Assembly: GCF_018350175.1 (NCBI RefSeq)
Contig: NC_058368.1
Span: 23,252,001-23,316,000, forward strand
DNA from: Felis catus
Lineage: Eukaryota
Reading direction: 5' to 3'
DNA: 64,000 bases
The notes beneath the pieces were generated by a model that had not been told where the DNA came from, did not search any database, and was given only the letters and a program-made list of their open reading frames with translations. This document shows, piece after piece, positions 40,638-53,292 of the stretch; the stretch's first letter is position 1, and the number at the start of each line of letters is the position of its first letter. Made by a program: the position numbers and the translations under genes.

Positions 40638-40908
40638 TTTTTTCCCTTTTATTTATATTCAAGTTAGTTAGCATACAGTGTAGTCTTGGCTTCAGGAATA
40701 GAACCAAGTTATTCTGATGAATGCATAAAGAAAATGTATGTACACACACACACACACACACACAAAATGGACTACTACTCAGTGATGCAAAAGAATGAAA
40801 TTTTGCCATTTGCAACAACATGGATGGAACTGGAGGGTGTTAGGCTAAGTGAAATAAGTCAGAGAAGCCTGCTACCGTATGATTTCACTCATATGTGGAA
40901 TTTGAGAA
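40638..40908 (-). mobile_element. 5'-inverted (twin-primed) L1
   Basis: Minus-strand 3' end at 40638-40714 joined to plus-strand ORF2 C-terminus (KNEILPFATTWMELEGVRLSEISQ); TSD tccccgtgatactt / tccccatgatactt. Confidence 0.88.
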
Positions 40909-41461
40909 TCCCCATGATACTTCTGAAGCCAGAGGTTCGGGAAAAGCTAGGAAGGGAAGCAACTGGGCGCTAAATGGAGCCTTGCTGGAAGGTCTCTGGG
41001 GAACTTACAAGGATTTTAGGAGCTACAGTCTCCACTGACATCCATCAAAGGTCAGGCAGGGTGAAGTAAGCGCTCCCCATATGATGTGAGAAAGCCAAGG
41101 CCCAGAGAAGTGACCTGTCCTCTCCAGGACAGGCCAGAAAGAGCTCCAATGGCTTAATTCCAATCTCAGCAAGGGAGGTTATCAGTGAAACTTGGTATGA
41201 TTCTGGATGGGCATAAAGGGAAGTACCCAGTTCCAGCAGGGAGTCCTGAGAGCTTCTCTCTGAGATTGAGAAGTCAGAGTCCTGCTCAAGTGGTTTTTCC
41301 TTGCTTTAGAGGTTCCAACAGCTATTTGTTGCTGTCACCCACACCATGGGCTTCTTATCAGTACTTTTTTACAAACCATGCTTTGATTCTGATGGTGATA
41401 TCTCTGGCAAACTTGAGAACAGACATTGGTTCAGAGACTTTGCTTTTCATGGTTATTGTAA

Positions 41462-41681
41462 TTTTTTTAAATGCTTATTTTAGAGAGGGAGAGAGAGAGA
41501 GATTGAGAGACCAGGTGTGAGCTGAGGAGGGGCAGAGAGAGAGGGAGACACAGAATCTGAAGCAGGCTCCAGGCTCCGAGCTGTCAGCACAGAACCCAAC
41601 CCAGGGCTCCAACCCACGAATGATGAGGTCATGACCTGAGCCGAAGTTGAACGCTTAACTGACTGAGTCACCCAGGCGCCC
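41462..41681 (-). mobile_element. CAN-SINE
   Basis: Full body; TSD tgtaattt. Confidence 0.92.
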
Positions 41682-42103
41682 TGTAATTTCTTTTTTGAAC
41701 AAGATATTTTAGCTCTTTTCACTGTACATCTTTATTTTCCCAACTGTTTGTATTTGCCAAACAGAAGCTTTACAAAGTATCTCAGAATTTATAATGGCTA
41801 ACTAACACATTAAAAAATGAATTTGGTTTTATAAGCCAAGCTGATACAACACAATTTCTCAGATAAATTAATTTCCCAGTTTTGTCATTGTCTCAGTAAT
41901 TTGTGCCCTAAATTACTTAGCTATTTACATCAATTTCCTTTGGGCCATTACCAAAACAGCAAAGGATATCTAGTTTATTTCTCTTCTTCTAGGAAAAGGC
42001 ACATGTAATTTTTTTCCAGACAAATGAATATTAAGACACACTTAAAATCTTATTCTGTAACTCATTCAGAATCAAACTTTGCATTTTTCTTTGCCATATC
42101 ATT

Positions 42104-43166
42104 TTATTTTATTTTAGAGAGAATGCAGGGGTGCCTGGGTGGCTCAGTCGCTTAAGCGTCTGACTTTGGCTCAGGTCATGATCTCGTGGTTTGTGAGTTC
42201 AAGCCCCACTTTGGGCTCTGTGCTGACAGCTCAGAGCCTGGAGCCTGCTTCGGTTTCTGTATCTCCCCCTCTCTCTGTCTCTCTGCTGTTTATGCTCTGT
42301 CTCTTTCTGTCTCTCTATAATAATTTAATAATAAACATTAAAAAAAAGTGTGCATGCATGAGCAAGGGAGAGGGGCAGAGGGAGAGAGGAAGGATCTTAA
42401 GGGAGGGAGGATCTTAAACAGGCTGAGCCTGGTGGGGGTGAATGGGAATGGTGCTCCATCCCAGGACCCTGGGATCATGACCTGAGCTGAAATCAAGAGT
42501 CAGAAGTGACTGAGTCACCCAGGCGCCCCTGCTATATCATTAAAAAAAAATGTATTCTCAGGGGTGCCTGGGTGGCTCAGTCGGTTGAGTGTCTGACTTA
42601 GGCTCAGGTCGTGATCTCGTGATTTGTAAGTTCGAGCCCCACTTTGGGTTCTGTGCTGACAGCTCAGAGCCTGGAGCCTGCTTCAGATTCTGTGTCTCCC
42701 CCTCTCTCTGCCTCTCTGCTGCTTATGCTCTGTCATATGCTCAATAATAAATAAACATTAAAAAAAGTGTTCATGCATGAGCAAGGGAGAGGGGCAGAGG
42801 GAGAGAGGCAGGATCTTAAGGGAAGGAGGATCTTAAACAGGCTGAGCCTAGTGAGTGGGGGAGGGGTGGCGCTCCATCCCAGGACCCTGGGATCATGACC
42901 TGAGCCGAAATCAAGAGTCAGATGTGACTGAGTCACCCAGGCGCCCCTGCTATATCATTTAAAAAAAGTATTTTCAGGGGTGCCTTGGTGGTTCAGTCAG
43001 TTGAGTGTCTGACTTCGGCTCAGGTCGTGATCTCGTGGTTCATGAGTTTTAGCCCTGCATCCGGCTCTGTGTTGACAGCTCAGAACCTGGAGCCTGCTTT
43101 GGATTCTGTGTCTCTCTCTCCCCCACTCATATTCTGTGTCTCTCTCAAAAATAACACTAAAAAAAA
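42104..43166. repeat. Cluster of five CAN-SINE segments (+,-,+,-,+) containing a ~418-bp tandem duplication
   Basis: Segments 42128-42347(+), 42348-42529(-), 42561-42766(+), 42767-42947(-), 42977-43166(+). The two minus copies share private features. Confidence 0.92.
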
Positions 43167-43518
43167 GTATTTTAAATATTGTTCTGGAGAGTTTTGTTCA
43201 CATATATCATAGAATGCCTGGGTTCAAATCTTGTATTTGCCATTTTCTCAATCTGTCACTTGGTAGGTCTCCCAACAGGGGTTTTGCCATCTGTGAAAGT
43301 CAGGAAGGCCTACTTAGTGCAAGGTGCTGTTGTGTTGATGTCACAAGTAAGGAGTTTTGCCAGGGTGTATGGCCCATGTTCATTAAATGGCAGTGATTAT
43401 TTTTGATATTCACAACGATATGTATATTAAATTGAATAATTTTAGAAAGAAAATTGTGTGATTTATGTATTACCACTTATGTTAATTCAGGGTTTATTCA
43501 ACACTGACAAATACCCGG

Positions 43519-44161
43519 TGTGGGGAATAAGCTTAGGAACTCCCTGAGCTTGCATCCATGAGTTCACAAGGTATATAGGAATAGGAAGCCTCAGGATGAA
43601 AACATCCAAGACTAGGTAAGCAAGATTAGGTATTTGGGGTGGAAGCACCCCCCAGTTCAGTACAATAACAGAAATGTGCTTTCACAGGAAGGAAGGACCA
43701 AAATAGGTAAACAGGTAAACAGGGCCACTGACCACAGCAGGGCAAAGTTGCCCAGAGCGGAGCTAATTAGCAAAAGAAAGATGCCTTGTTGACCCTGAGG
43801 TAGCATGCTCTGTCTGTCTGGTCCCCTAAGCTAGCTGAGATAAACAGACTTGGAGCCTCATGCCTGACATAAACAACCATCTGCCCAGCACCAGGACTTT
43901 GTTTTGTATTGACCCAAACCCCAGACACCACATATCTTCAAAACCCCCTTCCACTCAGACCCATGAGTTAATGTTCACGGTTTCATTGTTTCTTTGTGCA
44001 CGTCCATCATGCTTGTAAGCCTTCTGATCCTAACAAAAATGGAGTAAGGACACTTACTCGGGGCTCTTGTCTCCTCCCAGACATTAGCCTCTCTCGCATT
44101 TTAACCCTGCATCCACTCTCTTACCGGACAAGAGAGAACTCTAGACCCAGAGTCCATGACA
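43519..44161 (+). mobile_element. Solo ERV LTR (643 bp) with 6-bp TSD
   Basis: Starts TGTGGGGA, ends ...ccatgaCA; TSD acccgg (43513-43518) / acccag (44162-44167). Confidence 0.75.
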
Positions 44162-44591
44162 ACCCAGGACCTACTCTGTGTTGGGAGCTGTCTTAGGCAA
44201 GCAACAGCAACCTCCTCTGGTTAGTCGAATTAGGAAGGACATTCATGAGAAAGTACTGGATAACTCAGGAGTCTCCAGAAGGGCCAGCAGCCTCTGAGGA
44301 CTGCCCCCACCAAGTCAGGCTGCAGAGCTTGTCCTGCAGAGACCCTGGTGCCCTTGCTCTCGGGTGCAGATGTCACTGCTGGTGCTGTGGTGTCCAGTGG
44401 CTGTCGCAGCTGTGTGCGTTGGCTGCCACCGTGTGCCATCTGCCTGGATTTCATGGTCCCTGCCTCTGCATTGCTAGCTGGCGTGCCACATCAGTAGAAC
44501 CCTGCTCGAAGTCCTTGCCCAACCCCAGCCGGTGCTGGGAAAGCGAGGAGCTGGCATGTTCAAATTCGTAGTGGCAAGTGGGTTTACCTCT

Positions 44592-44997
44592 TGCGTATGT
44601 GAGCTATAGCTGTCCTCATAAAGCTCACAGACCGGGTGCCTTCCACAACAGACGCTTACCGCCTCATGGTTCTGGGGGCTGGAGGTCCCAGGTCAAGGGC
44701 TTCCCTCTGAAGGCAGGAGGGGAGGATTGTTCCAGCCCTGTCCAGCTTCTGGTGGGTCCTCCATCTGAGGTAGCAGGCCCCAAACTTCACCTGGCACCGT
44801 GTGTGTGTGTCAAATTCCCCTTTTTATACAGACACCAGTCACGTTGGATGGGGGGGTGGGGGAGTCTGATCTACTCAGGTATGGCCTCATCTTGACTAAT
44901 CACATCTACAACAACCCTATCTCCAAATAAGACCACATTCTGAGGTACTGGGGGTTAATACCTCAACATTAGGGGAGACACAGCTCAGCTCATAACA
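44592..44997 (-). mobile_element. MLT1B/C-like MaLR LTR
   Basis: ggttctgggggctggaggtcc...ggcctcatcttgactaatcacatctacaacaaccctatctccaaataagaccacattctgaggtactgggggtta. Confidence 0.75.
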
Positions 44998-45155
44998 CCT
45001 CTTAAGGTAGGAGACTCCTCCAACACAGAAAGGGCAGCCAAAAAAGAATGAAAAATACCTACTATAGATTCGGAAAATAGTATTTCCAATCTGTGACACT
45101 TTAATAACTTACTATTGATAAAAATCATGATCTTATGAGGGCTGAAGGTTGTTTT

Positions 45156-45613
45156 TTTTTTTTAATTGAAAATTTTTAATGTTTATTTAAAAAAAATTTT
45201 TTTTTCAACATTTTTAATTTATTTTTGGGACAGAGAGAGACAGAGCATGAACGGGGGAGGGGCAGAGAGAGAGGGAGACACAGAATCGGAAACAGGCTCC
45301 AGGCTCCGAGCCATCAGCCCAGAGCCTGACGTGGGGCTCGAACTCCTGGACCGCGAGATCGTGACCTGGCTGAAGTCGGACGCTTAACCGACTGTGCCAC
45401 CCAGGCGCCCCAATGTTTGTTTATTTTTGAGAGAGGGAGAGAGAGAGAGTGAAGGGGGAAGGGGCAGAGGGTGAGGGAGACACAGAATCCGAAGCAGGCT
45501 CCAGGCTCTGAGCTGTCAGCGCAGAGCCCAATGTGGGGCTCAAACCCACAAACCATGAGATTATGACCTGAGCCTCAATCAGACACTCAGCCTACTGAGC
45601 CACCCAGGTGCCC
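45156..45613 (-). mobile_element. Nested CAN-SINEs: young copy (45190-45411) in the tail of an older copy
   Basis: Inner TSD aatgtttattta / aatgtttgttta; outer TSD ctgaaggttgtttt (45142-45155) / ctgaagattgtttt (45614-45627). Confidence 0.92.
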
Positions 45614-46259
45614 CTGAAGATTGTTTTCTATGAACGTTAACCAGAACGATTGAAGAAACTAAAGCCATGACAACACTTGGGGCTGATCTGATCTGATCAG
45701 AGATTGATCTGATACTTGCTTTCTTCTAGTGATTAAAAACAGAGGTCCAGAGAAGTTAGATGACTTGTCCAGGGTCACACAACAAAGATGGACCTAGACC
45801 CCAGAGACTCTGAGTCCAGGGCTCTTCCTTTCAGGACACATGGTGTCTGTTATATGTTCCTTTAACAATCAGGTTTCTTTCAGGCCCAAACACCAGCTTC
45901 ACATTTATGCAGATCTCAGACCTTGTTTCTGATTCTCTAAGATAATTGTCCACAGAGCATCCCAATGTCCATTTGCTGCTGACAAGCCCAGTTTCAGGCA
46001 GATGAACCCTTCCTGCCTTGGTCTGCAGGCCATCGACGGTGAGAGCTACGGTTTGGCCTAGGGTTGCTGAGTGCTCTGAAGACTTAGCCCGAGGTCCTGG
46101 CCTGGGCTGTGGGGCAAGGATGGAGTCTGCACAGCCAGGTCCTGGAAGCAACTGCCAGCTTTTCTTGAGAAAGGAGAGAAGACCTGGAAGGATAGCAGCT
46201 GGCCTTCTCTGATGGGGAAGGGTATAAATAAAGAGAGAATTTCAAAAGGAATATTTAGA

Positions 46260-46475
46260 GGGGCGCCTGGGTGGCGCAGTCGGTTAAGCGTCCGACTTCG
46301 GCTCAGGTCACGATCTTGCGGTCCGTGAGTTCGAGCCCCGCGTCAGGCTCTGGGCTGATGGCTCAGAGCCTGGAGCCTGTTTCCGATTCTGTGTCTCCCT
46401 CTCTCTCTGCCCCTCCCCCGTTCATGCTCTGTCTCTCTCTGTCCCAAAAATAAATAAACGTTGAAAAAAAATTTA
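46260..46475 (+). mobile_element. Very young felid CAN-SINE with perfect 17-bp TSD
   Basis: CpGs intact; TSD caaaaggaatatttaga at 46243-46259 and 46476-46492. Confidence 0.97.
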
Positions 46476-47546
46476 CAAAAGGAATATTTAGAAATAAAAA
46501 CCTTTATGTTCTGCTCTCTGGCAAGCACCAGGCTCCAGGAATTGAGCTAAAGATCTTTGTCACTTGAAAAGCGAGAGCTCTGGGCTCTCTTGAGGAGGGC
46601 CACCTTCCTGTGATCCTGGCAGGGCTTAGGTCCCCAGTGGGTGCACTAGGAACCTTCAGGGCAATGTGTGGAACTTTGCTTTTTAAGATGCTGAGATAGA
46701 ATATTTGGCCTCTGTGTTCTCATTCAAATGCTGTTGATGACTTAGAGGTTTGTGATAATAGAATGGCTTCTAAAGATCTTCATCTCTGATAGGATATTAA
46801 TTATAAAAATAAAACAACCTCCAGATCTTTCTTTCCCTCTTGCCATTTTCCAGGCCTCTTTGCCTCTCTCTGTTGCGTCATATTTTTATCCAAAGAAAGA
46901 GCTCAGATGTGAGATTTCTTTTTTTTTTTTCCACGCTTTTCTGGGCGTAGCTGAGAAAATGATGTACATGCTTTCATACTGTTCTTTTCCATTCAGGAGA
47001 TGCCTGCCTTAGTGATTACAAATGCCAGAAAGTCTTCTCCGTCCCTTTCCTGCCTGAATTGTCTTCTCCCTTTGAGAGCAGGAGTCCCTCCTGGGGAGCC
47101 ATCTCGGCTTCCCCTCTGTAGCAATGGCTAATCCAAGTCTGTGGATTTCTATACTTTGCTTTCTTTTCCTGCTTTCTTGTGGCTGATCAGCACCTCCAGG
47201 AGAGACTGGGCTAGCCCCAGGCGAGGAGAATCCATCAGTTGTTGGAGGCGGAGGTCACATATGGAGAGAGGAGAGATTTAGGGGTTTTGGCTGGTGTTAG
47301 ATTTTTGATTGACCTTTCTCCATCTCCTCTCAATCCCAAGACCTTGGAGAATTACGTGTGTACTGCTATTGCCTCTTATAGTGGCTGGCATCCAGCCAGA
47401 GCTTGTTATATTGAGTTGCATCTTATTAGTCATGGCACAGAGCCCCAGGCGAACTGGCTGAGTGTCAAAAGAACCAGAGGCTGTTTTAGTTGAGGAAGTC
47501 CTCTTCCTGGACAATTTAACCTTTTAACAGTTGGTCTGTTACCAGA

Positions 47547-47949
47547 TGCATTAGTTTGCTAGGGCTGTCATAGGAAAATATCACAGGCTGGTGGCTTGAA
47601 CGACAGAAATTTATTTTCTCCTAGTTCTGGACGCTCAAAGTCCAAGATCAAGGTGGTGTCAGGTTTGGGTTCTCCCAGGGCCTCTCTCTTGGGCTCGCAG
47701 GTGGCAGCCCTCTTACTTTTTCCTCACGTGGCCTTTTCTCTGTGAGTCTCTGTTCTCCTGTGTCTCTTTGTCCAAGTTTCCTCTTCTTAAAAGGATACCA
47801 GTCAGACTGGATTAGGACCCACCCATATGACTTGTTCAACCTTAATTATCTCTTTCAAGGCTCTGCTTCCAAATGCAGCCACGGTTTGAGGTGCTAAGAG
47901 TTAGGGCTTCAGCATACCAATTTTTGGGGACACAATTTAGCCCATAACA
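47547..47949 (-). mobile_element. MLT1B/C-like MaLR LTR
   Basis: tgcattagtttgctagggctg...gggacacaatttagcccataaca. Confidence 0.8.
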
Positions 47950-49949
47950 CCATGTTTACCATACCTGGAATGGATCCTAAGTCAAGGAGTCCGAGACTCT
48001 TAGGACTGGAATGGACTTCAGATACCTGGTCTTTCCGCTCACTTTATAGATGAGGATGCGAATTCAAGATGCAGAATTGGAAAATCTGGGTTAGAAAAAA
48101 ATTGAGGATCCTGAACTCCTTCCCACACAACCCTACCTCTTTTGGGTCCGGCGCAGGCTGAAGTTACAGGCCCTACCTGCCGCTGTGGGGACAGAGGACA
48201 GTCAGTCAGAAACCTGCTCAGAGCAATGCCACGCTGCAGAGGCAGGAGGGCAATGGTGTCCAACTCTTTTCTTCATACAGATGCTTCTCTGGGCTCCAAT
48301 GGAGCCTCCTCCAGCCCCCAGCCTTCTCTCACTGCTGATGTGCTACCCCCAGCCAGCCAGACCAATCTCCTTTTAGAGCTCTCCCAGGGAAACAGAGAGG
48401 GCAAGTTGTCTTCAGTCACCCTCCTCCCCCAAGCACCTCGATCTTTATCTTTTTCTTTTTCCAACACCTCCTGCTTTCCTCCTGGCTCCTTCCTTTGCAG
48501 CCCCTCTTCCTGTGGTGTCCTTTCCAGGCCTGCTCTCTGGGCCCTTTCGAAGCATCTTTCCTGCTATTCCTCCCTCCACCACAGGCCGCCTGTCCCTGCT
48601 TGAAATTCCGGCTCTTCAGAGGTTCCCCCATCTGTTGCTCCCTCCATGGGGCTCCCACCGCCTCCTATAGGAGGCCCTTCCCACTCTGCGCTGTGGTTGT
48701 AGGCGGACACATCTTCTCCCTCAAGACTGAAAGCAACCGAAGCAGCCCAAGTGCAGGGGCGGCATCCCCTTTTCCTGTGTACCCTCAGAGTTTGGTGCAG
48801 TGTCTGCAACAGAGGAGCCATTCACTAAGTGCTTGTGGAAGGACTGAAGTCCTTACTTTCCTGGCCACTGCTCAGCACGATGGCAGCTTGACTTGGACTC
48901 CTGATCCACTTGCTGTCAGTCTACGGAGGCGAGGCCATCGATTATTTGTCATACCTGTCTATGCGGCAAAGCGCCCTGGATCTTCACTTGGTTTCCTCAT
49001 TCAGGCATCACTGCAAACATCTTTTAGGCGCTTACTATGTGTCAGGCATTGGGCGGTGAACAAAACCTGCTTCCCGTTCTCAAGAAGCTCAACGGGGACA
49101 CTGAAGAGCTGGACAGTTTCCCTCTTCCATTTGACATCTTAGATCTGGCAGAATAGAGACTTGAGGTTACAGTGCTGGGCACATAGCAGGCTTCTTAAAG
49201 ATTCGCTGGTAAGTTATTTTGACTTGTGTACGTCTGCCATCATGGATGAACGCTGTGGTATCACGGTGCAAAAGCGTCAGCCAAGAAATAGAGGCTGACT
49301 AACCTGATCCTTTGTGGTTTCATCTGAACGCTACTGGAGATCCATTTTGGCTGTCTGCACTCCCCAGGCCAGTGACAGCTTCCACATCCTCCATTGTTCT
49401 CTATTTTTTTGGTGGGGGAGGGGGGGGGGAGAATGGGGGAAGAGACTGCAAGTCTTTTTGTGACAGTCCTGCAATTATTGTTCACATTCTCAAATTAATG
49501 CTCCAGGCATTAAAAATATAATTTGCATTATGTTTTGGGGGAGTGATAAATCTTGTGCCAAGAATTTCTTTTTGGTTGAGAGATTGCTAGAGTTATGAAA
49601 TTCACGATGTGTGTGACAGGAAGCTGGGGTTGGACGCGGAGGAGAGGGAAGAAAGGGAGAGAGTCTGTTCCCTGCGTCTGTGGGAGCAACAGCAGTGAGT
49701 GAATTTATTTACATTGATGAATACATTTACACACAGATGCAGTTTTTGGCCTTTGCAGGTTTTTTTCTCAATAACTTACCATTTCTAAGATATAGTAGAT
49801 CCACTTTTACATAGTTGAAAGCACATCCTATAACTGCATAAATCCCTTAATTTAAAAAAATCTGCTTTAAATAAGTAATACATGCCCATGAATATGAATG
49901 TATGGAAGAGTCTACACTGAAAAATGAGTGTTGTGGGTGTTTGCAACCC

Positions 49950-50500
49950 TTTTTTATGACTGCAGTAAAAAAATACATAATATTTATCATTTTAACCATT
50001 AGTAAATATACAAATCAATGGCCTCGAGTGCGTTCACGAGGTTAAGTACATCCCCACTATCTACACCCACAACTTTTTCATATCTCCTTCAAAACCTCTG
50101 TATCCATTAAACAGTGGTTTCCCCTTGTTCTCTCCAGCTCTTGGTAACCACCATTGTACCTTGTGCCTCTGAGAATTTGACTACTCATAAAACAGGAATC
50201 AGACAGTATTTGTCCTTTTGTTGACTCACTTATTTTACTTAGTATGTCTTCAAGATTCATCTATGTTGTGGCATGAATCAGAACTTCATTTCCCTTGAAG
50301 ATTGAATGATATTCCATGGTATATATACATCACCTTTTGTTTATCCATTCACCCATCAGTGGACATTAGGGTTGTTTGTGAAACCTTTTGGTTATTGTGG
50401 ATAATGCTTCTATGAACGTTGGTACAAATAACTGTTTGAGTCTCTGCCTTCTGTGTTTTGAATATGTACCTGCAAGTGTAATTACTTGGTTGTAATTCTT
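49950..50500 (-). mobile_element. L1MB-type 3' end
   Basis: tttatcattttaaccatt...tttatccattcacccatcagtggacattagggttg...gataatgcttctatgaac. Confidence 0.75.
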
Positions 50501-53060
50501 TTTGGGTGCTTAGATCCTGAGCCCCTGTGCAGAGTTGGGAGGGTTGTTCCCTCCTTCCTTCCTGCTCCTCACTGCAGAAGGTAGAATTGCTTGGGGGCAC
50601 TGCCCTTGACTTTTGAGTCCCCCATGCCTGATTCGGGCAGTGTCAGGCCATCCACTATGGATAGTGCCATCCACTATCCTAATAATCTCCTTTCCTACTT
50701 AAATTGGCTTCAGTGCTTGCAATGCAAATGTTGACTGACAGTTTTCACACATGCCTGTTCCCAGCCCAGCAGGTCTACTCCTTGATGCAGCCACTAGATA
50801 ATCTTCCAGTATGTGAAAATAAAAGTGTATATATTGCCTCGTTCACTAGCTCTCACCTATGACTAAGGTCTTGAGAATATAAACTATGGCCTGTAAGTGT
50901 TAACTCAACGATCTTCTAATATCTGTGCTTGGGGCTGGGCCAAAGACAGGTGTACTGTGGGCTTTGTCAACTCTCTGATGGATGAAAAGGTGACGGTAAG
51001 ATTGCAAAGAGCTCAGTATAAGGGCAAGAAGTGAAAAACAAGATGCAGTCCTATGGACAACATAAGAGCTGAGGCTGAAAAAAACCCATGTCTGAAGAAA
51101 CTTCGCTACTTTTTTTTTTTTTTTTGCAGTCTCTTCTCTGAGAACCTTGTCAGCAGGTTCAATTGCTACTGAAATCAGTAGCAGTCTGGTGGGTTAGAGA
51201 TCAGAGTGGATTTGGTTTGGGTCCTATGTACCAGTGTCAGTATGTATTGCATCCTGGAGGTTCCCTTTTTAGGAAACTCCTTAGATCTCAAACTGGGGTG
51301 TCTGCCATGCTTTGTCCCATGTGGGGGTTTTGGGCCTCAAACCACGTCTTTGGAAAAGGCCACCCTTGCTGGAAGGCCCTAGAAGGCAGATTGAAGGAAG
51401 CCCAGAATGCGTGTGGGGACCTAGTGAGGAGGTGGCTGTGGTCATTAGGTGAGAGATGATGGCAGTTTGGACGAGGGGAGTAGTGGTGGGGGGTGGAGAG
51501 CTGTGGTAGGAGTTAAAAAACTATCAGGACTTGGTGAAGGATTTTCAAGGTACCTGTGAGAGACGAACATATTAATGAGAGTCCTATGTTTTTGGCTTGT
51601 GTCAGTGACGTGTGGTGGGCCATTTACAGAGACCGGGAACCCCAGGAAAGGACTAGATTTGATGGGGGAACAGTGACCTGTCCAGAGAGCTCCTCAGGAA
51701 AGAATGCAACAACAGAGTAAATGCATTAGAATTCCTCATTCGTTCATCCATCAGTTATTTATTCACAACCTAGAGACTAAACCTTTCTGAAAATGGGCCT
51801 AACTACATGGTCTACTCCATGTGGTTGTAATGAGGAGTCAAATGAGTGTTCCAAATGGAGCACTCAGCATGGAGCCTCATCACTCTCACGAATGGGTTTG
51901 GGATGGTTTTAATTTTCTCGTTTATAAAATGAAGCCATTCACCTGGATACTCTCCAACGTCCCTTGTAGTTATTGTATTATGAGGAATGAAAGCCATTTC
52001 TTCTCTCTGCCTCTAAGAGGCCCTGGACTGTAAGCTAGAGGAAGTGAGGGCATTGTCTGTTTTTGTTCACCAGTGTCTCCTATATGTTGACTCCTCCTGG
52101 GGGTGGAATGACTGGGGTGTATATCTTGTCTTCTTTACCCAACTGCCCCTATGGAGAATGGATGCAATTCAGCTGAACATCCAGTACCAAAAAACCCAAC
52201 ATACTTCTTGTTTTGCATTCTGATGTTAAATAGAAGAATATTTTCTGTGGTGATTCCAAGTCCCAGTCACTTGAATATATTTTTTATCTGCATCCGTTTC
52301 TGGCAGTAAACTTGTTTCAGATTCAAGAGAGCAAAAAATAAAAAGCTAGCTTCTATTATCCTATCCTTGTCACTTAATAATCAGGGGAACTAGATCCAAT
52401 GTGGCTATTCTGAGCTCTTCCCCAAAACATACCCGGGGGAAAGCATCTTGGAGATCCAATCAAAACGACTCAGGGCAATGAGAAAGACAGGTGCAGAACC
52501 CACTTCATGCAACAATCAGAAAAACCAAACACCAAAACCAAAAAATCTGCCCCAAATCACAACCAACCTCCAAACAAAGAAAAGCACTGTCTACCCTACC
52601 CTGCCTGTCGCACCCGGCCTGCTATCCATCCAGTTGTAGGGGAGTGGGTAGAACACTTTCTCTGTCAGGCTCTTTTTTTTTTGCTTGGCAGAAACTTTGC
52701 ATCTCCTTTCTGCTACCCATGACATCTGAGGACTTTCTGGTGGTGGACATAACTGTAAGCAGTTTAGATGTTTTATTGGCCCCCTTCAATCCTCTATGTG
52801 TCACCTCTTGCCATCGTTGGCTCTGAGATCACCATAACCATTGCCTTTGTGACATGAACATCTTGATCTTTGTTCAAAAGTCTGCAGCCAAGGCTTTTTT
52901 CTCTACGAAAAGACTTTCCATGTTTCTGATTTGGGGCAGTTAGAGGAACTTAGGGTATCTTGTATAAATGCAGCTGCCAGATAACTGGTCATATTTCTCA
53001 GGGGCCTCTTACAGTTAAGAAAAATCTTGGCCAGTATCCTGTTGGAGGTTCCTAGTGTAT

Positions 53061-53292
53061 GCCATTCATTCACTCATTCATTCATTTAATATTTTTTATT
53101 TTTATTTTTGAGGGTGAGAGAGACAGAACATGAGCAGGCGAGGGCAGAGAGAGAGGGAGACACAGAATCTGAAGCAGGCCTCAGGCTCTGAGCTGTCGGC
53201 ACAGAGCCCAATGTGGGGCTTGAACTCATGAACTGTGAGATAATGACCTGAGTCAAAGTCAGTGCTCAACCAACTGAGCCACCCAGGTGCCC
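53061..53292 (-). mobile_element. CAN-SINE with (TTCA)n tail
   Basis: TSD tcctagtgtat at 53050-53060 and 53293-53303. Confidence 0.92.

Noticed and set aside
42128..43166. Regularly spaced repeats as a CRISPR-like array
   Set aside because: Eukaryotic SINEs plus one tandem duplication; no short repeat/unique spacer pattern.
46260..46340. tRNA-like A/B box sequence
   Set aside because: tRNA-derived SINE head followed by CT tract, A-tail and TSD; not a tRNA gene.
48142..49142. Longest ORFs in the track (153 and 215 aa) in a GC-richer stretch
   Set aside because: Non-ATG starts, low-complexity S/P/L composition, no recognisable domain and no splice-consistent structure; expected by chance.
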